Shown here: piece after piece, positions 60,840 to 64,000 of the stretch
Layout: each line of letters starts with the position of its first letter
Numbering within the stretch: position 1 is the first letter of the stretch
Assembly: GCA_964467655.1 (NCBI GenBank)
Contig: CAYXSN010000008.1
Location: forward strand, 78 to 64,077
Reading direction: 5' to 3'
Source of the DNA: an uncultured Candidatus Saccharimonadales bacterium
GTDB lineage: Bacteria; Patescibacteriota; Saccharimonadia; UBA4664
DNA length: 64,000 nt
The notes under the pieces: generated by a model
What the model was told of the DNA's origin: nothing
The model's database searches: none
Seen by the model: the letters and a program-made list of their open reading frames with translations, nothing else
Made by a program: the position numbers and the translations under genes

Positions 60840-61871
60840 TTAAAGCAGAAACAACGGCTCAGGCTCCAGCTCAACGCCAAACTCCTGACGCACCTTGCGC
60901 TGCATCAATTCAACCAGTTTCATCAAGTCATCGTATCCTCTATGATGCGGGTTCGTTATCACGAGAGCATGCTCGGGCCAAATCTTCAAACCAAAATGCT
61001 CAGCCCCCTTGAAGCCGCATTTCTCGAGTAGCCAACCGGCGGCTAGTTTATAATTCTCACCAAAGCCAAAGCTTTTAATATCCTCATATTCAGCCTGCAA
61101 GCGTTTCAAGGCCTCAGCATCCACAATCGGGTTCTTGAAGAATGATCCTGCACTCGGGACCACACTGGGGTCGGGCAGCACTTTGGCTCTCAGTGCCATC
61201 ACAGTCTCACGGAGCTGCTGACCCGTCGGTTCACTGATGCCGTCATCGGCCAGCCGCTTGTTCAACCTCTCATACCGCGCCGGATCAGGCGCCCCTGACC
61301 TCAGCTCAAACCGCACCTGGGCGATAACAAACCTTCCCGCATCTTCCTCCCGGAACCGGCTGGTGCGGTAACCGAAGCGGCAAGCGGCTGCCGGCAATCC
61401 CAGCCATTCATTGGTTTTTAGGTCATAAGCCTCCAGATCCACAAGATGGTCGGCAGTTTCGCCACCGTATGCCCCGGCGTTCTGCACAGGAGCCGCACCG
61501 GCCGTCCCGGGAATCATCGACAACGTCTCAAGGCCAGTTAGTCCCAATGCGACAGTGCGCTGCACTACGTCGTCCCAATGCTCGCCGCCGCCTACCGTTA
61601 CTCGCACCAAACCATTGGCCGCCGACTGCGTCTCAAAACCATGTAGCTCCAGCTTGAGTACTAGCGCATCTACCACGCCGTCACCGACGATCAGATTGGA
61701 GCCCTCACCCAGAATAATCACCCGCAAATCCTGGAGCTTGGCCCAAGCCACCGCTGCTTCGAGCTGGTCACGGGTCTGTACTCGTCCGAAATAAGCTGCC
61801 GCTCCGCCCATTTTCATGGTCGTAAGTGGTGCCAGTGAAACGTTAGTTTGAATAATATCAGGTTGCGTCAT
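60840..61871 (-). CDS. murB: UDP-N-acetylmuramate dehydrogenase
   Basis: G.GSN, IPGT.G.AP.QN.GAYG, GS.FKNP, HAL, LE.EP. Confidence 0.95.
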   Translation of the reverse strand: MTQPDIIQTNVSLAPLTTMKMGGAAAYFGRVQTRDQLEAAVAWAKLQDLRVIILGEGSNLIVGDGVVDALVLKLELHGFETQSAANGLVRVTVGGGEHWDDVVQRTVALGLTGLETLSMIPGTAGAAPVQNAGAYGGETADHLVDLEAYDLKTNEWLGLPAAACRFGYRTSRFREEDAGRFVIAQVRFELRSGAPDPARYERLNKRLADDGISEPTGQQLRETVMALRAKVLPDPSVVPSAGSFFKNPIVDAEALKRLQAEYEDIKSFGFGENYKLAAGWLLEKCGFKGAEHFGLKIWPEHALVITNPHHRGYDDLMKLVELMQRKVRQEFGVELEPEPLFLL

Positions 61872-61890
61872 CTACCTACCTCCGCTGAAA

Positions 61891-62727
61891 TTATCTGGCC
61901 GGGATGGTACCGGTGGCCAAGAGTACTAATACTATACAACCCAAAGCGATCCGGTAGCCGATAAATACTGAATAATTGTGTCGGGCCACATAACGCAGCA
62001 ACCAGGCCACGGCCGCATACGCCGTCACAAAGCTCACGATTGTCGCCACGATCGTCGGTCCCCAGCCGACCCCGCCGGCAATAGCGTCGTACTCGGTAAT
62101 AGTTTGTAGCAAACCAGCCGCCAACAGCGCCGGGATCGACAAGAAAAACGACAGTTTGGTGACAGTCACCCGGTCAAAGCCCCGCCATAAGCCGGCGGTC
62201 ATGGTGGCCCCAGAGCGCGATACTCCCGGCACCAGCGCCAAGCACTGCGCCAGGCCAATGATGAGAGTGTCGCGCCAACCCACCTGACCTTCGGTCCGGC
62301 TGTGGCGGGTCCAGCGATCGGCGGCCCACATCACAATGCTCCAACCAATCAGCGCCCAGCCCACAAACCATAAACTACGCAGGGTGGTCTCAATTTGGTC
62401 CTTAAACAACAATCCAACTACTGCAATCGGCATCGAGCCCAAAATAATGGCCCAACCGTAGCGGTAACCTGGCTCCCGCCGCGCCGCCGCTGATGTGAGT
62501 CCTTTCAGCCACGCTGTCAGTAGCTGCCACAAGTCTCGCCGGAAATACCACACCGTCGCCAGTACCGCTCCCGACTGAATAATGGCGGTAAATGCTGTGA
62601 TATCGGGGCTGTCCAACGGATAGCCCATGAGCCGCTCGGCAATCGTCAAATGACCGGTGCTCGAAACTGGCAAAAACTCGGTAATGCCCTCGATCAGACC
62701 AAAGATAATGGCAGCCAGCCAGCTCAC
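61891..62727 (-). CDS. uppP: Undecaprenyl-diphosphate phosphatase
   Basis: EGITEFLPVSSTGH, PGVSRSG. Confidence 0.96.
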   Translation of the reverse strand: MSWLAAIIFGLIEGITEFLPVSSTGHLTIAERLMGYPLDSPDITAFTAIIQSGAVLATVWYFRRDLWQLLTAWLKGLTSAAARREPGYRYGWAIILGSMPIAVVGLLFKDQIETTLRSLWFVGWALIGWSIVMWAADRWTRHSRTEGQVGWRDTLIIGLAQCLALVPGVSRSGATMTAGLWRGFDRVTVTKLSFFLSIPALLAAGLLQTITEYDAIAGGVGWGPTIVATIVSFVTAYAAVAWLLRYVARHNYSVFIGYRIALGCIVLVLLATGTIPAR

Positions 62728-63146
62728 TAGAGCGTCTGCCGGGCGGCCGTTAAGCCATTCACCATGGCTACCACCTGGGCAGCCTCTGCCTCGGATACAT
62801 CGACAGTCTGGCTCCCATCGGCACTGCCCCCGTTGGCACCAAAGATCATATCGTTGGTGTACTTCGTGAAGCGGTGATCACCAAATAATTGGTAGCCCAC
62901 CTCGCGCACTCCTCGGTTGACCCGCTCAAAATGCTGCACTTTGATGCGTGGCACGCTGGTTTCGGCCACATTGCACAGTGTCAGGTAGACCAGCTCGTTG
63001 GCGTTCGTCAAAAACTTCTTGGTAACAATCGGCACAGCGGCGTCCCCAAGCTTGTCCGACAAAAACCAGGTGACGCTATTTTCCAAGGCAATTTTGGTGG
63101 CTTCAGAGGCCGGCTGGGCCGCACCTGCGGGGGATGGTTCACTCAT
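62727..63146 (-). CDS. Hypothetical protein
   Basis: ORF translationally coupled to uppP. Confidence 0.6.
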   Translation of the reverse strand: MSEPSPAGAAQPASEATKIALENSVTWFLSDKLGDAAVPIVTKKFLTNANELVYLTLCNVAETSVPRIKVQHFERVNRGVREVGYQLFGDHRFTKYTNDMIFGANGGSADGSQTVDVSEAEAAQVVAMVNGLTAARQTL

Positions 63147-63235
63147 AACCACTATCATACGGTATTGCTACATCACTGGCTACGGTCGCGCCGTGCTAGA
63201 ATAAAGCTAAGATTATATAAAGGTACTTCTCAAAC

Positions 63236-64000
63236 ATGGAGCCTCAAACTACCTCAGCACCGGTTGCCGCACCCGTAGCCGCCGCGCCAGTTGCCTCTGC
63301 CCGCTACATCTCTAATCCGTTTGGCCTACTCAGCCCGTCATGGCAGGCCTTCAAACTAGTTTGGCTCCAGCTGCTCATCCTCGGCTTAATCGGCGTTGTC
63401 ATTGGCACTTTGGCTAACCTTCTACCTGGTGTCCGTCAAGCCAGCAGCGAAGGGGCCTCACCGAGCACAATCATGCTGTATTTGCCGCTCGTCATCATTT
63501 TAAGCCTGGCTATTAACTCGTACACCGGCTGGATGAGTGCCAAGATCATGCTGGCCGGCATCAATGGCCGCACCATTAGTTTGGGTCAGTCAATGCCGCC
63601 GTCGGTGATAAGCGCCGTTAAATTTATCCTAACCAGCTTCCTGTACGTGCTCATTGTCGCCGGCGGCTTCCTGCTCTTCATTGTCCCCGGCATCATCTGG
63701 GCCGTGCGTTACCAATATGCATTGCCGGTGTGCGTCGAGGAAGGCGTCTTCGGTATGGCGGCCATTCGCCGCAGTGGCCAGCTGACCAAAGGTCACTTTT
63801 GGGAAATTATCTCAGTTCCCGGTGTATTCGTGGCGGCGTTACCACTACTACTTATCCCGATCCTTGGTTGGATCGCCATCATAGTCTTTGCCTTCGTGGT
63901 GGGTATAGCAGGATACGTCCGCTATCATCAATTGAAACAACTGGCCGCCGGTCAGTTGCAGGCTGTGCCTACCCACATTTTGAACTACATAATGGGCCTT
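63236..64000 (+). CDS. Multi-pass membrane protein, truncated by the window end
   Basis: Open frame from MEPQTT...; GF.LFIVPGIIW and AIRRS..LTKG motifs. Confidence 0.7.
   Translation, partial: MEPQTTSAPVAAPVAAAPVASARYISNPFGLLSPSWQAFKLVWLQLLILGLIGVVIGTLANLLPGVRQASSEGASPSTIMLYLPLVIILSLAINSYTGWMSAKIMLAGINGRTISLGQSMPPSVISAVKFILTSFLYVLIVAGGFLLFIVPGIIWAVRYQYALPVCVEEGVFGMAAIRRSGQLTKGHFWEIISVPGVFVAALPLLLIPILGWIAIIVFAFVVGIAGYVRYHQLKQLAAGQLQAVPTHILNYIMGL

Overview
Bacterial chromosomal segment. TGA is used as a stop, so the code is 11. Gene content and style (compact genes, short tsaB, type IV pilus cluster, short or leaderless 5' ends, lamin-tail protein overlapping tsaE) suggest a CPR/Patescibacteria genome, most likely Saccharibacteria; this is inference. 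The backbone carries yebC, ruvC/ruvA/ruvB (split by insertions), glycogen/alpha-glucan genes, pilB-pilC-pilins-pilMNO, tsaE-tsaB-rny-ymdB-HU, four tRNAs, nrdR-nrdJ, trxA-trxB, murB and uppP. Three things stand out. (1) Behind tRNA-His(GTG) lie a serine-recombinase C-terminal remnant cut by an IS3 element and an integron-like array of small cassettes. The cassettes are separated by four att-like sites (GGTTCTA-N20-CCA, usually followed by a terminator) that mimic the tRNA 3' end with a 5-bp shift. (2) A cobalamin-scavenging set: a putative short cobalamin riboswitch controlling a split transcobalamin-like surface pair, plus a BtuM-like transporter, a second DUF4430 protein and cobO beside a B12-dependent class II ribonucleotide reductase. 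(3) An operon with three NrtR boxes that joins a nicotinamidase-like enzyme to a TerY-P-type vWA/PP2C/kinase triad. No rRNA or CRISPR array was seen.
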